Assembly (NCBI GenBank): GCA_051362555.1
Contig: CM120641.1
Span: forward strand, 6,262,001-6,326,000
Direction: 5' to 3'
Source of the DNA: Lingula anatina
Taxonomy: Eukaryota > Animalia > Brachiopoda
Length of the DNA stretch: 64,000 nucleotides
Shown here: positions 25,201 to 38,563 of the stretch, piece after piece
Layout: every line of letters starts with the position of its first letter
Numbering within the stretch: position 1 is the stretch's first letter
Made by a program: the position numbers and the translations under genes
The notes under the pieces: generated by a model
Database searches by the model: none
What the model saw: only the letters and a program-made list of their open reading frames with translations
What the model was told of the DNA's origin: nothing

Positions 25201-27170
25201 CCAACAGCACTTACCAAATGAAAATATCTTGGTTATCAATTATATTTGCAATCATCTAATACACAAAATTTAAGTTAAAAATCAATTACAGCCACCTACT
25301 TGCTCTGTATTGTATCCATGCTTTTCCTTAGCAATATGGATATACTCATCAACTGAAAAAAAATCATTTATGCAGGTTTATTATTGGTTCAAAAATATGT
25401 TGGTAATTATGATCAACTTTCCCAGTAAATTCAACATTAAACCATGAAAACTTTTGGCATCCGTGTGATTCACCAGGTTGTTAAATTACATTGTGTTATG
25501 TGACCAGATGGAAGATTTGTAACCAAAAGCTGAAAGGCAACCAGGAAATATCACGCCCTGCTTTATGCAGACCATCTACCATTAACACTGTCAGAAATAT
25601 AAACCTGATGAAAATTGTGGAAATGTGGAAATGCCTTATCTGCCTCAACTAAGCTATGAAAATGGGTGAAATACATGCCTGACTCCAATGATGTTTTACT
25701 TCATAACTGGATTACCTTTGCTATCCAGAACATCTTGATTTGGGGACCAAACCAGCATGGCGCCTTCTGGGCGACTTTCTTGTTTGTAAGCATCTGAAAC
25801 ATAGAAAATACTAAATTTATAAAAAGAAATAAAAAACCTATATGGTTTCTCTTTTTTGTGCAGTAAAATCAATAAATTTAATATAAGTTTTTAAAAAAGA
25901 AAAAGGTTTGAACTGCTGTCAAAAATAATAAACAGTATAAAAAGATATAAATGAGTAAAATTAACAAGATTTTAGTTGCCTAGACTTGTTGGTTAATCCT
26001 AAATTGACAAAAAATATCTGCTGGGGGGGGGGGGGGGGACGCGGGGCAGGATTCTTACCAAAAACAATTTTGCAATGGACATATAAGAGCTATAGCATCA
26101 GTGTAACTTTAACTGCAGTGATAAGAGTGCACTAGACGCACAGAAAATAGCACTGATTTTATATGACCTTGAAAACAAACATTCATTGTTGACCACACCA
26201 AGGTCAAGTTAGTCCAAGTCACATTAAAGCGAAAAGGATGGTATGATTTGAGTTGGCATTCATTTTTTTCTCCCATTTCTTTTTTTTTTTTTTTCTTTTT
26301 TTGAGGAACAGCTTTGTCTGTAACAATATAGTAGCTAGTTACATCATACAATTAATGTCATGACATATTACATGTTATGTTTAATATAAATAAATGGAAC
26401 TCTCTTCTTGACTACTGCTTACTATGGTTGCACTGAGGCTTAGTACGATGAAGCAGTAAACAACATAACAGGCACCAATGGTGGCAGTTACCAAAGATGA
26501 GATTTTTCTAAATACTTCAATATAAATATTAATAATCTTTAGGCAAATTTTATTTTCAATTTTAATTTCACATAAAAATCTATTTTAAAATGACTTGATA
26601 AATTCAGATACTTTCCCTTTCTTTTTAATTTAACCAATCCTAATTAATACTCTAATTCACAAAAAAATCAAACATAAATATTTAACACCTGATGTTAATC
26701 AGAAAATGAATCAAAGACCAATTAAGGATGTAAATTTCAATTAACATATCAAAATGTTTGTACCTTAAATAGGCTGAACATTGTAATTATTACTAATCGC
26801 TCTTGCAAATTTGCAAAATAATCTAAATTCCAAACTGGCCGCTAGGGGCTGCTATAAGTTAAATTACCTGGGTTGTATTGTACTATATTAGCTTGAAACT
26901 CTTCTCCAATTCGCATGCCATTATCTGAAAAACAAAACAGTTTAACTGTGATGACCTCTTATGACACGTAAAAATTATGTTCAATCAAGAAAGGGTAGAA
27001 TATCACATTTGCGCCAAACGCGAAAAAACATTAACCGCGAAATTTAAAGCACCTTGATCTGAATCCTCAGCGGCGCTGCTGTCGTCATCATTGAAATTGC
27101 CATTCGGGCTTGGACCTCTTGATCGCCTGCCGTTTCTCAATTCTTCACTTTGTCGATCTGCCATTACCAT
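22257..27170 (-). CDS. RCOR: REST corepressor (CoREST/RCOR family): ELM2, SANT1, GATA-like zinc finger, linker coiled coil, SANT2
   Basis: 13 exons: 27170-27053, 26924-26868, 25793-25716, 25352-25300, 25030-24869, 24680-24562, 24313-24256, 24060-23945, 23762-23564, 23407-23272, 23153-22960, 22712-22591, 22365-22257. Diagnostic peptides: [116 protein letters not shown]. Confidence 0.96.
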
Positions 27171-29314
27171 GTTCTATTGGCAAACGTTCTCCTATATTTT
27201 TCGCGCACTTGTTGAAGATTTGCTTGTCGTTTAAGAAAGAAAATCAAACTTTTTTGTGAGCCGCTAGCTTTGTTCTGCACCTGCGGCGTACACCGATTAC
27301 CATTACTACGCTTAATCATATAGTTCGGTGATATTTTGTGCAATTCACTACATATGAGTGTTTTTCGCTGTTTGTTTAATGTGGTTAGATATATTACATA
27401 GATTCGGTTTCTTTACTCACTTTTCATGAATATTTAAGTCTTAGATATAGTATTGAGTCGGCACGTATTCCAAGCGGAAGGATATTTTCTAACACAAATT
27501 GTGAAAATAAGAACAAAATTGTAAATCGGAAAAATCACCAATGATTCTGTATATTATTATGAATATACAACAAATAAAGTATCTGTTTTCTTGTTTGGAC
27601 GTATTACTGACACATTTGTATATTATACGATAGCAGTTTATGGCAAATTGTCCAAATATCTGACAAAATTGCTGTTAACACTAAAAGAATATGAATTTAC
27701 TGTTTGGGTAGACTGAGGGATCACCATACAAATACAGTTTTGTAACGTCTGAATTTAAGGTTTTAAAGGATTCGCCGCTGAAAGATTGTAATATCTTGTA
27801 ACTAAACACAAAACAGTAAACCTTAGTCATCTGTATATAAAATATTGGAAAGATCCCAATTTTGATAATAAGAATAATATGGCAAACGTGTGAAGTAAAA
27901 ACTCTTACGAGCTTCCGTATAATTTTCAAGACAAGCCAGAGACAAAATGTTAAGCTTTGTAGTTTAACGTTAAATTGACCCATGGGCACTCTTTTTTGTT
28001 TTTGAATTGATTGATGACTTTATATATCGATAAATAAACACCAAACAAAACAGTTTTTAATGTGCGTATTTAAGATAGGTCTGTCTTGGAAAATCATCTG
28101 CGTAATCAAACACTTTTTCGCAGAATTTTCCTTTGCAGTAGCCAGAGTAAATCATATGCAAACCTTCTTGTATTCTTTTCGTTTAACTATTAATGGACTG
28201 AGCAGTGATTCAATATGTGAAGATAACTCTGATATATTATCAATGCATGTTTGCTCCTAGTTGTATATTTTTAGCAAGATTTATTCACAAAATGTCCAAA
28301 ACGCAGAATTTTGTCAATGAATGCATTCAATTTTTAAGTGACATTGTGCATGTACCTAATTAAGGTTTTAACCAAACTATATATACATGATAAACTGCTT
28401 CTTGTTTAACTCACCTGAGAACAAGTAATATTTTTATCATATTTAAAAAGATAAATACTACTGGTATGAATAAAATGTTGCAAATAAAATCAAATTTACC
28501 ATCCCTGACAAAACTTGCAGCCAATCAACCACTTTGAGTTTTACATCACACATGATCTAGAAGTCATGCTGTGAGAGAATTGAGCATGACTGGATGGGTA
28601 ATTTGAATAAAAACTGACCCATGGGTTAAGGTTTTTTTTTTAAATTCCCACTGTTACAGTTATTTAAAGCTTCTGTCAGGCAAGGAAGAATTGAATTAAG
28701 ATTTAATTAAAATAACATATAATCCCAGGAAAATGAGTAAAATGCATTTTTGGCGAAAGATCCTAAAATGTGGATCTGTAAACATTAATATGGCACATTA
28801 TGTCTCAGTTTAGTAATAAATACTTGCAATTGGTATTCTATACCTCAATCCAATTTTGGTCAATGCATGCATGTACAACAAACTTATCCTACAAACAACT
28901 AAAAAGCATACATGAATTAGAGTAAAATGTGAAGAACTGAATTCAATTTTTTTCTCACAATTTTATTTTTTCTTTTTCTTAAATAATTTAAAGCTTTAAA
29001 CTTCATTTACAAGCTTTTTGTGCAATTCCACACTAATAACCAGTAATCAAACCATCAACAAAAATAAAGATAGTTAAACTTTAATTGATAAGTTAGAACA
29101 ACAATATAAAGAGGTTCCTTTTAAAGTCTAATAACATACATCATTTTTCACATTTGTCTAAAAATCATTTTGTTAACATATGGCATAGTCAATAAAAGTT
29201 AATATATAATAGATTATTTATTTTATTAATTTTTTCATAGGTCAAAAAAGTTCACTTTTGTCCACAAACATGGCAGTATGTTAACTTGGCAACAGTGATG
29301 TTTCATCATCCTCA

Positions 29315-30121
29315 TTATTCTTCAAAGAAAACATCAGGTACCAAATGGTCTCTATTACAGGAGTCTAAAGATCTCTCAAGGTCTACACTTTCTGAAAAGC
29401 TGTTGTTGCTAGATAAATCTTCACTTTCATTGTCTATATCTGGTACAGGTAGTTCTGGCAACTGGTGATCAAAGGTCACTGGGGTGGATGCTGATGGTAT
29501 TTCATGAAAGAAACTTTCCTCCATAAATTCTTCAATTTCTACATCATCAGAGTTGAAAAATCCAAAGTCAACTTCATCAGTGTCTTCTTCATAATTTTCC
29601 TCATCTGAATCCATGCTTACTCTAGATAGATTTTCACCGATACTGTTTATGTCATCTGGTGGTTCATCCAGTCCACATTGATCACTTCCTACACTTGTGC
29701 TGGTCGAGGTATTCTCAATGTTATGAACATGAGATATATCACTGATGCTTCCATCTGTCTGAGGAACAGAAACCGATTTTTCTTTAATAAATTCAGACAC
29801 ATTATAATCTGTATACACTATGGAATTTTCTCCATATTCTGTAGTGAAGTTTGCAGCATCAAGAGGATCCTCACTGCAATAAATCAACCCTAGTTCTAAG
29901 TCTGATTGAGATAGAGATTCATCACAGTTAAGAACAGTGTTTAAATCCGGGACAGAATCCCCATTGCAATCACACAAGTCCATGATGCAACCATACTCAA
30001 AGTTATCTCTAATGTCCTGCTCATCTTGTATGAAAGACAAAATGCCTTCACTAGCACAGCAGAGATTTTTAGACGTTGGGCGGTTATCTAGATAGTCTAT
30101 GAATCTTGCCACTGTTTCCAT
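29315..30121 (-). CDS. Uncharacterised, very acidic 268-aa protein in a single coding exon
   Basis: 807-nt open frame in AT-rich DNA. Splice acceptor tttttcag| lies 10 nt before the ATG, and a matching upstream donor TTAG|gtaagc near 30871 implies a spliced 5' UTR. No domain recognised. Confidence 0.7.
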   Translation of the reverse strand: METVARFIDYLDNRPTSKNLCCASEGILSFIQDEQDIRDNFEYGCIMDLCDCNGDSVPDLNTVLNCDESLSQSDLELGLIYCSEDPLDAANFTTEYGENSIVYTDYNVSEFIKEKSVSVPQTDGSISDISHVHNIENTSTSTSVGSDQCGLDEPPDDINSIGENLSRVSMDSDEENYEEDTDEVDFGFFNSDDVEIEEFMEESFFHEIPSASTPVTFDHQLPELPVPDIDNESEDLSSNNSFSESVDLERSLDSCNRDHLVPDVFFEE

Positions 30122-30870
30122 GCTAATTAAGCTGAAAAAGAAATAAATAGGTAAAATCTACAGTACATAGAAGTGGCTAGAATAAGATAGATCTAAGAAC
30201 CACTATACTTGTTTCGTTGGTCCTAAATTAGATCAGAATTTAACACAATACAATTAATGTTACTGATTAATACAGTTAATGCATGAAAATGGGATAAGTT
30301 CCTAAAGTCCTAATTTGCCAATACTATTTAAAAGATGGGGCCGTAGCAAAAATACAAAGGTTCATTAGTCAGAAGGTTTGATTATCCCAATTAATGCATA
30401 AAAAAGTTTATAGTGTGCAGGGTACTGGTAATAAAGTAAATTTCATCAGAGGCACATGCATACAATTTTTTAGACCAGTGAACCATTAGACTATTGCTAA
30501 GGCGCCCCATTACATTATTCCTTGTAGATTCCGATTAATTTATTAAATTTAAATTATCTCCGATTTTTTTTTTTTTTTCATTTTTATGGTATGACACAGA
30601 AAATCAACAAGTGTTGACAAAGTCACCTTATCAAATAAATTCTTAAGATTTACAAAATTTTAATGGACTAATAAAACAGTTTGAAATCAACATATTCTGT
30701 ACCATTATTACTTCGGTTTTAACTTTAGATAATAAGATTGACATAATAGTCTTGGGGTTCAAATCAACCCCCAAATTTACAACAAAATTATGTACATGTA
30801 GGTCTAGAAATATATTTTAAAAAATTATACCAGTAAAAGTCTTAGATAAATGGAATATGATTCTGCTTAC

Positions 30871-31710
30871 CTAATCAGGAAAAAGTCTTCAAAGGGCAAC
30901 TTGTCGGAAAAAAAGCAAAAGTTTTCCCTTGCACTGTATTTCCTGGTACTCACCAAAAGTTCTGTTTTTCCCGCTACAGACGAGTTCATTCTAGATAGGG
31001 TATTGCGTTTTTAGCTAAAACGTAAAAAGTATTCTTTTCACGAGCTCAGCGTGTTGTTAGATATGTTACACGAGTAGATGGATTAAAAATTTACAAAGAT
31101 TCATCGTGTGATTTTACTCTGAAAGCATTGTCACTAACTAAACTGGCAAACAAGGATTGAATAGTCTACCCCCCTCATCCTCCAGTTGATATTGCCCAAA
31201 TACAATCCTGTAGGAGGCGATGCAATCGGAGAAACCATCATGGCGGGGCCACGAGAAGTCGGCTTTGGCTGACAAATTGCTATCCATTAGAAGCATAATT
31301 TACTTGACGATTCAGGTTACTGTTCCATCAGTTAAGTGTATAGTTCCATCACCGAGCAGGTAAAGATACTTACTTTGCTTACTGGCATTTTGTTTTCGCC
31401 AGAAAATCATGCTGAAAGTGCTTTGCATCGAGTTTTCACGACACTGTCGTCGTGTCGATAGATAGCATTTTCTTTTCTTTGGCTTCAATTACTAAATTTT
31501 TAGTTCTTTGAGTTTGACTCTGTCTATGATATGATACCAGTGACAGTGATATTGATATTGTTATTATTTGCAAATAAAAATGATGCGATATAAACAGAAA
31601 GCTTGCCCAAATAAATAGCTGAACTAAATTGAATAATTGTATCCAGTATAGTGAAAAGTAACGGTAACACACTTCAGTTGCTCACTTTACAGGCAAGTAG
31701 ATTAAGAAAA
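30871..31710. promoter_or_regulatory. Head-to-head promoter and 5' UTR region shared by the acidic-protein gene (-) and CLASRP (+)
   Basis: Locally CpG-richer sequence. Plus-strand donor gagcag|gtaaag at 31359 and acceptor tttacag| at 31692. Minus-strand donors near 30871 and about 31372-31383. Confidence 0.55.
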
Positions 31711-32520
31711 ATGTGGCATGAAGCAAGAAAACAAGAAAAGAAGATCAGGGGGTTGATGGTGGATTACAGAAAGAGGGCAGAAAGAAGAAGAGAATATTAT
31801 GAAAAAATTGTAAGAGTTGAATATGGGATGTTCACCTGTTCTCAACCACTATTATTTTCAAAAATACACACAAACACAATCCTTCTCTGGCTGCTAACTT
31901 ATTCAGCTGACAATATATTTAGAAAGTTGTGACATTTTTAAATACTTTAAGGGTTAAGAATGAACTATTTTATATATAGAGATAAAAATATTACATTGAG
32001 AGAATTTGCTAAGTAAAATAAAAGTATATTTATTTATTTCCAGAAAGCAGATCCTACAATCTTCCTTCGTGTGTATGGAAGACCTGTAAAGATACATTTA
32101 GAGCCAGCAGTGGCATATGCCGCAGAGAGCCCACAGAGCATGTAAGGATGTCTGGTGTATGATCTTGTATATGTTATGTTTTTAATTATATGGTCCTTAA
32201 ACATTTTAAATTAAGTTTAAAGCAACATCTGTTAATTTAATGTGACAGATTTTAGTGGTTTGATTTAAATGGAGTCGCATATTTCTTGTAAGTAATAAAA
32301 GTGAATTTTAATTTGAAAACAGGATGCCATGGCAGGGGGACCAAAATAATCTCATTGACAGATTTGATGTTCGTGCTCATTTGGACATAATTCCTCATGT
32401 TATTCGAGAAGAATCCCCAGAGTAAGTTCATTTGATAAGCATCTAAGGGTAGAGTTGATTTTCATTAAAGAAATCATTTTCAAGAAAGAGAAAAGCATAA
32501 ATAATTCTATTTAAAACATG

Positions 32521-32572
<52 letters not shown>

Positions 32573-35500
32573 GTTTTTAACTTTTATGGAAAAGTTCCAC
32601 ACACATGTCCAAATTGTGTTATCAGACATAGATTCATTGATATTTATTTCAGACCTTCAATCCCAGAAGATGAGGAAGAACGGTCCTGTAATTATGAAAG
32701 ATATAGAACCATGGTGCAAAATGAATGTTCAGGCTGTAAGTAAGATGTTTTCTATGTAGCAGGAATAAAGGTTTTATCTTTGCTTTTACATTAAAATTAC
32801 ATAATTTTAAATTTGTGGTATTCAGTGTCAATGGTACTTTAAATAGTCTGGTAAAGTTTGAATAATATCTGTCATATATTTCTTTTGGATGTGTTTTATT
32901 AGTAAGAAAAACTCTTTGTAGTTTTCTGCAGTGGCATTTCTCTTCAAAGTGTCGAGTGCACCTTACTGCTAATATTATATAAATACTTTTAATTAATACC
33001 TCAATCTAATCTTTTGATACGTAGTGACAGAGGAGCAGTGTTTACAGCAGATTGCTATTGAAGAGCAATTTTATGATGTACAGATTACTCAGCAAAGGAA
33101 GGGGCTGACTGAAGAAGAGAAAAAAAGGTAAAAGCACTTTACATGCTAGTGGCATAAAGCATAGAAAAAAAGTTTTGCATATGTGCATGTTCTAAAATAA
33201 TTATTTGAAAGAGTGTCATTCACTGCTTAATTGACAATTTTAAACTTTGATGTCTAGCAATCCTAAGAAGGCAGCAATTGGTTACACATATGAAGATGCT
33301 CCACCTCCACCAGAAGAAGAGGAAAACAGTGATCAAGAAAGTGACATATCAGTAGATCCAGAGGATCAAGATTTAGGTGAGACTCTGCATGTGTCAATAA
33401 GTACTGTAATATTTTATTAATAGAAGTAGGACATCTTTATGTAGAGCAAAGATCTTTCTGATTGCTAATGAAAATGAGTTAAGTACCTTACAAATAATAT
33501 TTGACATTAAAGTAATTCAAAATCTCACTTTTGTGTAGGGTATGTGATTGTCTTTTATAAAGGCAGGTGGTACATCTTCCATGTCATTCTTCTTTAAATT
33601 TACAGATATAGCACTTGATGTGAATTCTTTAACTCCTGACCAGATACAACTCCTGAACAAGTGTGCTGCTACCTATGGCATGCAGACTGATGATTTCATA
33701 GAGTGAGTTATATGCATTTAGAAAAGATGGATTGTAATAGAAACTATACTTATAGGACGGGTGTAATGAAAACTTAAAGCAGTTATAAACTAGAGTAATG
33801 TGGGTTGTCTAATGTAAATGTAATTTACTTTTATTGACTTTTTAATCATGAATATTTTCAGAATGTTAATGAAAGATAAGGATGAAGAAGAAGAATTGAA
33901 AATGGCAAAACTTTTAGAAGAAGAGAAAGCACAATTTTCAGTAAGTAGTTAATAATTTTTTGTGTGCATGTATTTTGTGATGTGTAGGGTTCATGTAAGT
34001 TTTAATTTGAGTTTTATTCGCTTTCATGGAATTTTGATAATGATTTGGAAAATATTAACTAAATGAGAAGTAAGAAATTAATATATCCTCCAAAGTGCTT
34101 TGATAAACTATTCATGACTTAAGATGTTGGAGTTTAATATGAGAGATTAATTTTTTTATTTACAGGGTAGAAAATCACGCAGAGAAAGAAGAGCATTTAA
34201 AGAGAAAAAACTTAAGGACAGAAAATTTAGTCCTCCTAGGTATGTATGCTTATGAAGCAATTGTTTTAACATTCTTAGGATGCATGTATCTATGTCTAGA
34301 TTTACTGTTTATTACATATGTTAGTTATGTATGTATAAGCATCAACTTAACATGTGGTCTTTGTTTTAGTTACGCGGCTAGGAAAAGTCCAACATATGAG
34401 GCAATGAGGTGAGTTTCATCATCATATTCTACATTTTACTTATCTGCGAATAACTATTTTAGCTATCTGCACTCAAAACATGGTATATGATAAATTAATG
34501 AATTTATGATTGTAATTTTGGGGAAAAACAACTCTGTATCAGTTGCACATTCTTTACATTGTGTTTTCAGGTCATCTTCATCACGCTCAAGGTCAAGGTC
34601 ACCAGATGCAAGTCCCAAAATGACCTTTATCACCAGTTTTGGGGGTGGTAGTTCAGATGAAGAGACAGGACCAAAGGTGCATGGACCGAGTCTCCCTCCT
34701 CTATTAACTTCTGAATCACGGGGACCCTCGTGGTCGGTGTCTTTTTAATTTCTATTTAAGATAGATATCAAAAATTGAGATGATAATATGTTACTACATC
34801 AAACAGTTTTACATAGTACAGAAGTTGTTGTTTCTGTAGTGAAGAATTTGGCTTCTTCTTTAAACTGGATTGAGATAGGTGCTTAATGGAGAAAGCGAGG
34901 TTGGGTAAGTGAATAGAATTATGTAGAGATCAAATGATCCTTGAAAAACGTGGATATATTTATAAGATGTCATTCAGAACAGTGGACTGACAGATCTGCG
35001 GATCAAATATGGCCGACCCACTTGAATGCTTGTTGCATAATCCCTGCGGGGATTCTATTTAGTGTCTAATGGGGAATTAAACGACAAGCTTTCAAGCAGG
35101 TTGCTATATGACTTTGAATGGATTTAGAGATGAATCTGTGTTTATTTTTGTAAAAATGTGCACATGGTTAAAATTGTCTAACATGCACTATAAAATATTT
35201 AATATCGATGTATCTTGTTATATGCTGCACAACATTAAATGAATATCTTACTGTCTTTCAGGCCCGACAAGCCTAGGTTGAAAAAAAGTACATCAAAATC
35301 ACCAACTAAATCAAGAAGGATCAGGTCAGACAGCAGATCTCGATCAAGATCAAGATTCACGTCTAGCAGCAGAAGTTCCAAAAGCAGATCTAGAAGTAGG
35401 TCAAGAAAAAGTTCTAGATCAAGGTCTTCTAGAAGTCGGAGTAGATCCTCCAGATCCTCAAGGTCAAGGTCGAAATCTAGGTATCACAGATCTAGATCAA

Positions 35501-37295
35501 GGTCAAGATCAAGAAGGAAGAGGGCTTCCTCTTCAAGGTATTATGTTTTAGATTTTTAGTCCAAATGATTTCATTTTATATCACATAAAGGCTTTATGCT
35601 GTTTTTTGGCATGTCATCATGGTACTGTAGTATGTATTTTTATGTTCAGTCGAAGAAATTTTATTAATGATGTTCCAACACATATAAACATTTTTGTTTT
35701 TTACAACTGCAAATTTGAATTATTTGATACAGGTCAAGGTCTAGATCTTCCTCCCCAACTAAGAAAAAGGTCCAAAAGCCAGTGATTAAAAGTTATAGAC
35801 GCCCAAGTCTTTCTTCCAATGACAGTATTGGATCAGACACAGAAAAAGAAGAGAAAAGTGAAAAAGATGACAAGGGTTACAAGAAAAGGTAAGGGGGGGG
35901 GGTAAAAACTGGCATTGTATGGCATTAATACATCTGTAATTTGTAATAAATCTGTAATACATCTGTAATGAAAGTGAATATTAAAGTGTCTCAAATATAA
36001 ATAAATGACAACTACAGCTATTCATTTTAGGAATTTAACTGAGGCATTGCTTGGTGCAATTTGTTAAGTCGATCTTTTTTTAATGGAACATGCCTCTTTG
36101 TTTCAGGTTGGAACCAATAATAGGGGATGGTAAAAGTGCAGCTGCATCCAAAGTCAGTAAGAACCTCAATATATTTCTATTAAACTCTTTCACTCAGGGA
36201 CATGGGTGCTTTTATCATAGAATATTTCAGAAGAAACCAGTCATGGTTCTAATTGAGTTTCTCCTTCTTGAGTTGAGTGTTAATGTCTGTATACAGATAA
36301 TATAGATTTGTTTTTTGAGTTGGAATCACTGTCAGTAGTTGATAATGGGTATGAAATGGCTGTTTCTTTTCCTCTTGATACCAAATGTGGCAGTTACAAA
36401 ATGAAGGTCTTTTGATAGTTTCAGACAAACCTTACCCCACAAGAAAAGTTGAAAAGGAAGATGCAGGCAGCTTTAAACAAACAATGTAAGTATGAAAAGA
36501 ATAATGTGTGGATTATTGTTCTAAACAGAAGATTGGGGTATTAATAGCATATCTAGATATATCAAGTTTGAAAAAGTTTATATTATTGATTATTATTATT
36601 TGCAGACAAAGCAGACAAAAAAGCTGAAGCACAGAAGCAAGAAAAGCAGGTTCAAGAACAAATGGTATGCAATACATGTAAAGTTCAATTCCATGATAAA
36701 TTTAGATTATTTTAACTTGGAAATTTGTGTTCCTGATTCTACTTTGCAACTTTTCACATGTTGTTATAGTCAGAATGATTACTCAGCAGATATTTTCTTC
36801 AAATTTAGAATCGAGAAGATGAGATTCGTGCAAGAATGATAGAATTGCGACGCAAAGAAAGGGAGAGACGCCATAGAGAACGGGAAGTAGAAGAAAAGCA
36901 TAGTAAATCGAGCAGATGGGATCGAAACTGGACTCGAAGTCGCAGTAGGTCAAGGTCAAGATCCAGATCCCAGTCTAAATCACACCAAAGAAATCGGAAA
37001 CATAGAAGGTGATAATAAAGCAATGAAAATTGTTGTGGTGTTCAGTCATTAAATCATGCAAAGATTGATTGTAAGCATACTTTTGGGAAAACTTTTGTAT
37101 GATAATTGTGTTTGTTGAATGTATAATTATAAAACTGATAATTTGGTTTGAAACAATGCAAATCATAAAACTGGTAAACAGATGTGTTTTTCTGTTCTCA
37201 GATCAAGATCAAGATCGCGGTCATCACCTAAACCAAGATCTGGTTCCAGAGCACAGCGAAGTGAAAAACGTTATGGAAGAGAGTCACGTTATTAG
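31711..37295 (+). CDS. CLASRP: CLK4-associating serine/arginine-rich protein (SFRS16/SWAP2)
   Basis: N-terminus MWHEARKQEKKIRGLMVDYRKRAERRREYYEKI, then MPWQGDQNNLIDRFDVRAHLD, CNYERYRTMVQNE, GRKSRRERR, SPPSYAARKSPTY, FITSFGG, an RS domain (35262-35537) and LTPQEKLKRKMQAALNKQ. About 18 GT-AG exons, stop TAG at 37293-37295. Confidence 0.96.
32524..32571. repeat. (TTA)n microsatellite in a CLASRP intron
   Basis: About 16 TTA units. Confidence 0.95.
34840..34904 (+). other. Candidate poison (premature-stop) cassette exon of CLASRP
   Basis: gtttctgtag|TGAAG...GTTGG|gtaagt, 65 nt. In the incoming phase it reads EEFGFFFKLD-TGA (34871-34873), just upstream of the main RS exon. Confidence 0.5.
35007..35109 (+). 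ncRNA. Candidate structured intronic RNA element (long stem with internal hairpin)
   Basis: cttgaatgcttgttg (35021-35035) pairs with cgacaagctttcaag (35082-35096), extended by atatggc.gacc / ggttgctatat. Inner hairpin aatccc-tgcg-gggatt. Confidence 0.45.
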
Positions 37296-38563
37296 ATTAA
37301 GACTTTTAAGTAGATTTGTTGGCATAAATTGTAACAAAGGTCCTAATTTAATTACAAACATTTATTTTTCCAGTCAAATATATTTCATACAGTGTAAGAC
37401 AAAAATCAAATAACTTGTTACAAATGTCGAAATAATCTAGATAATTCAACAATACAGGTAAAAGATTCCTCAAATTAAAAAAGAGATAAAGGAGAATGCC
37501 GGGTATAAATTTTCAAAAAATCTGGACATTAATTATTGACAAGCAAGAATTGACACTTTAATTGGTTAAAGCTCTTTCATATCTTACAGCTAGTAAATTA
37601 ACTTTTTTGATTGAAGCACTTCAACCCACTAAATTATGAACTATACACACATTGTGAGTCAGATTATACAGAAATAAATTGACAGTGTTAATGTTAAATA
37701 CAAGGTGGAATGTATCCCAGTTTGTAAGTGTACCCATGTGCAGACAAAAAAATGTCTGGAATTGAAGAAATAAAGGCAATATTATTTAAGGTGTAAGATA
37801 TGTCAATGTTAATAAAGAGGGTGCAACTTCTGTCTTCATATCTAAGAAGCAAGTTGTAAAGTCACGAATGAAATGTGTCAATGGACTTATTTTTAGAATT
37901 CCAAAAGTCTTGTTAAAATGCCAATTAGTAAAGCAATATTGCAGTAATTATATTATGAGTTTTGTTAAGCATTTCAGGAAAATCAATATCCTGGTAAAAC
38001 TAAAAGATTCAACAGGCATAAATTCTATTACAGGTGTCGGAAAATTTTTCAGTAAAGTAAAAGATTGTCTATATTGTTTCTTTTGATTAAAATTTAACTT
38101 AATTATAATTTTCACCTTGCAGTCTTGACTTCCCCTAAAATTCAATTCAAATACATTTAAAAACTATTATAATTTGAAATCTAATTTAAAACCCACACCT
38201 CTATGAAATTTTTAAATTGTGCTCAATGAGAGAAATTAGTTTCTGTTAATTCAGATATGTAAATACACTGGACCCGTTTTAATATCAGCATCACTTAAAA
38301 ATGGCAAAAGGAGTCTGCTGTCACCAGGTCATTTCAGGTTCTTGGCCAAAAAAAGATGACATTTCTTGGAACTATTGTAAACCAGTGACTTCATCTAGCA
38401 TGGCCTAACATCCCATTCCAGAAGATTACAAACCTTGCATTGCATTACTGTAAAATTACACAAATGAAGAGGTTTAAAGGATGATTGGCTTCTATCTACA
38501 AAATGCAATAAGAGGTCTGGTAAACCATGTGTACTCGTAACAGTATCTTTAAAACAAATATTT

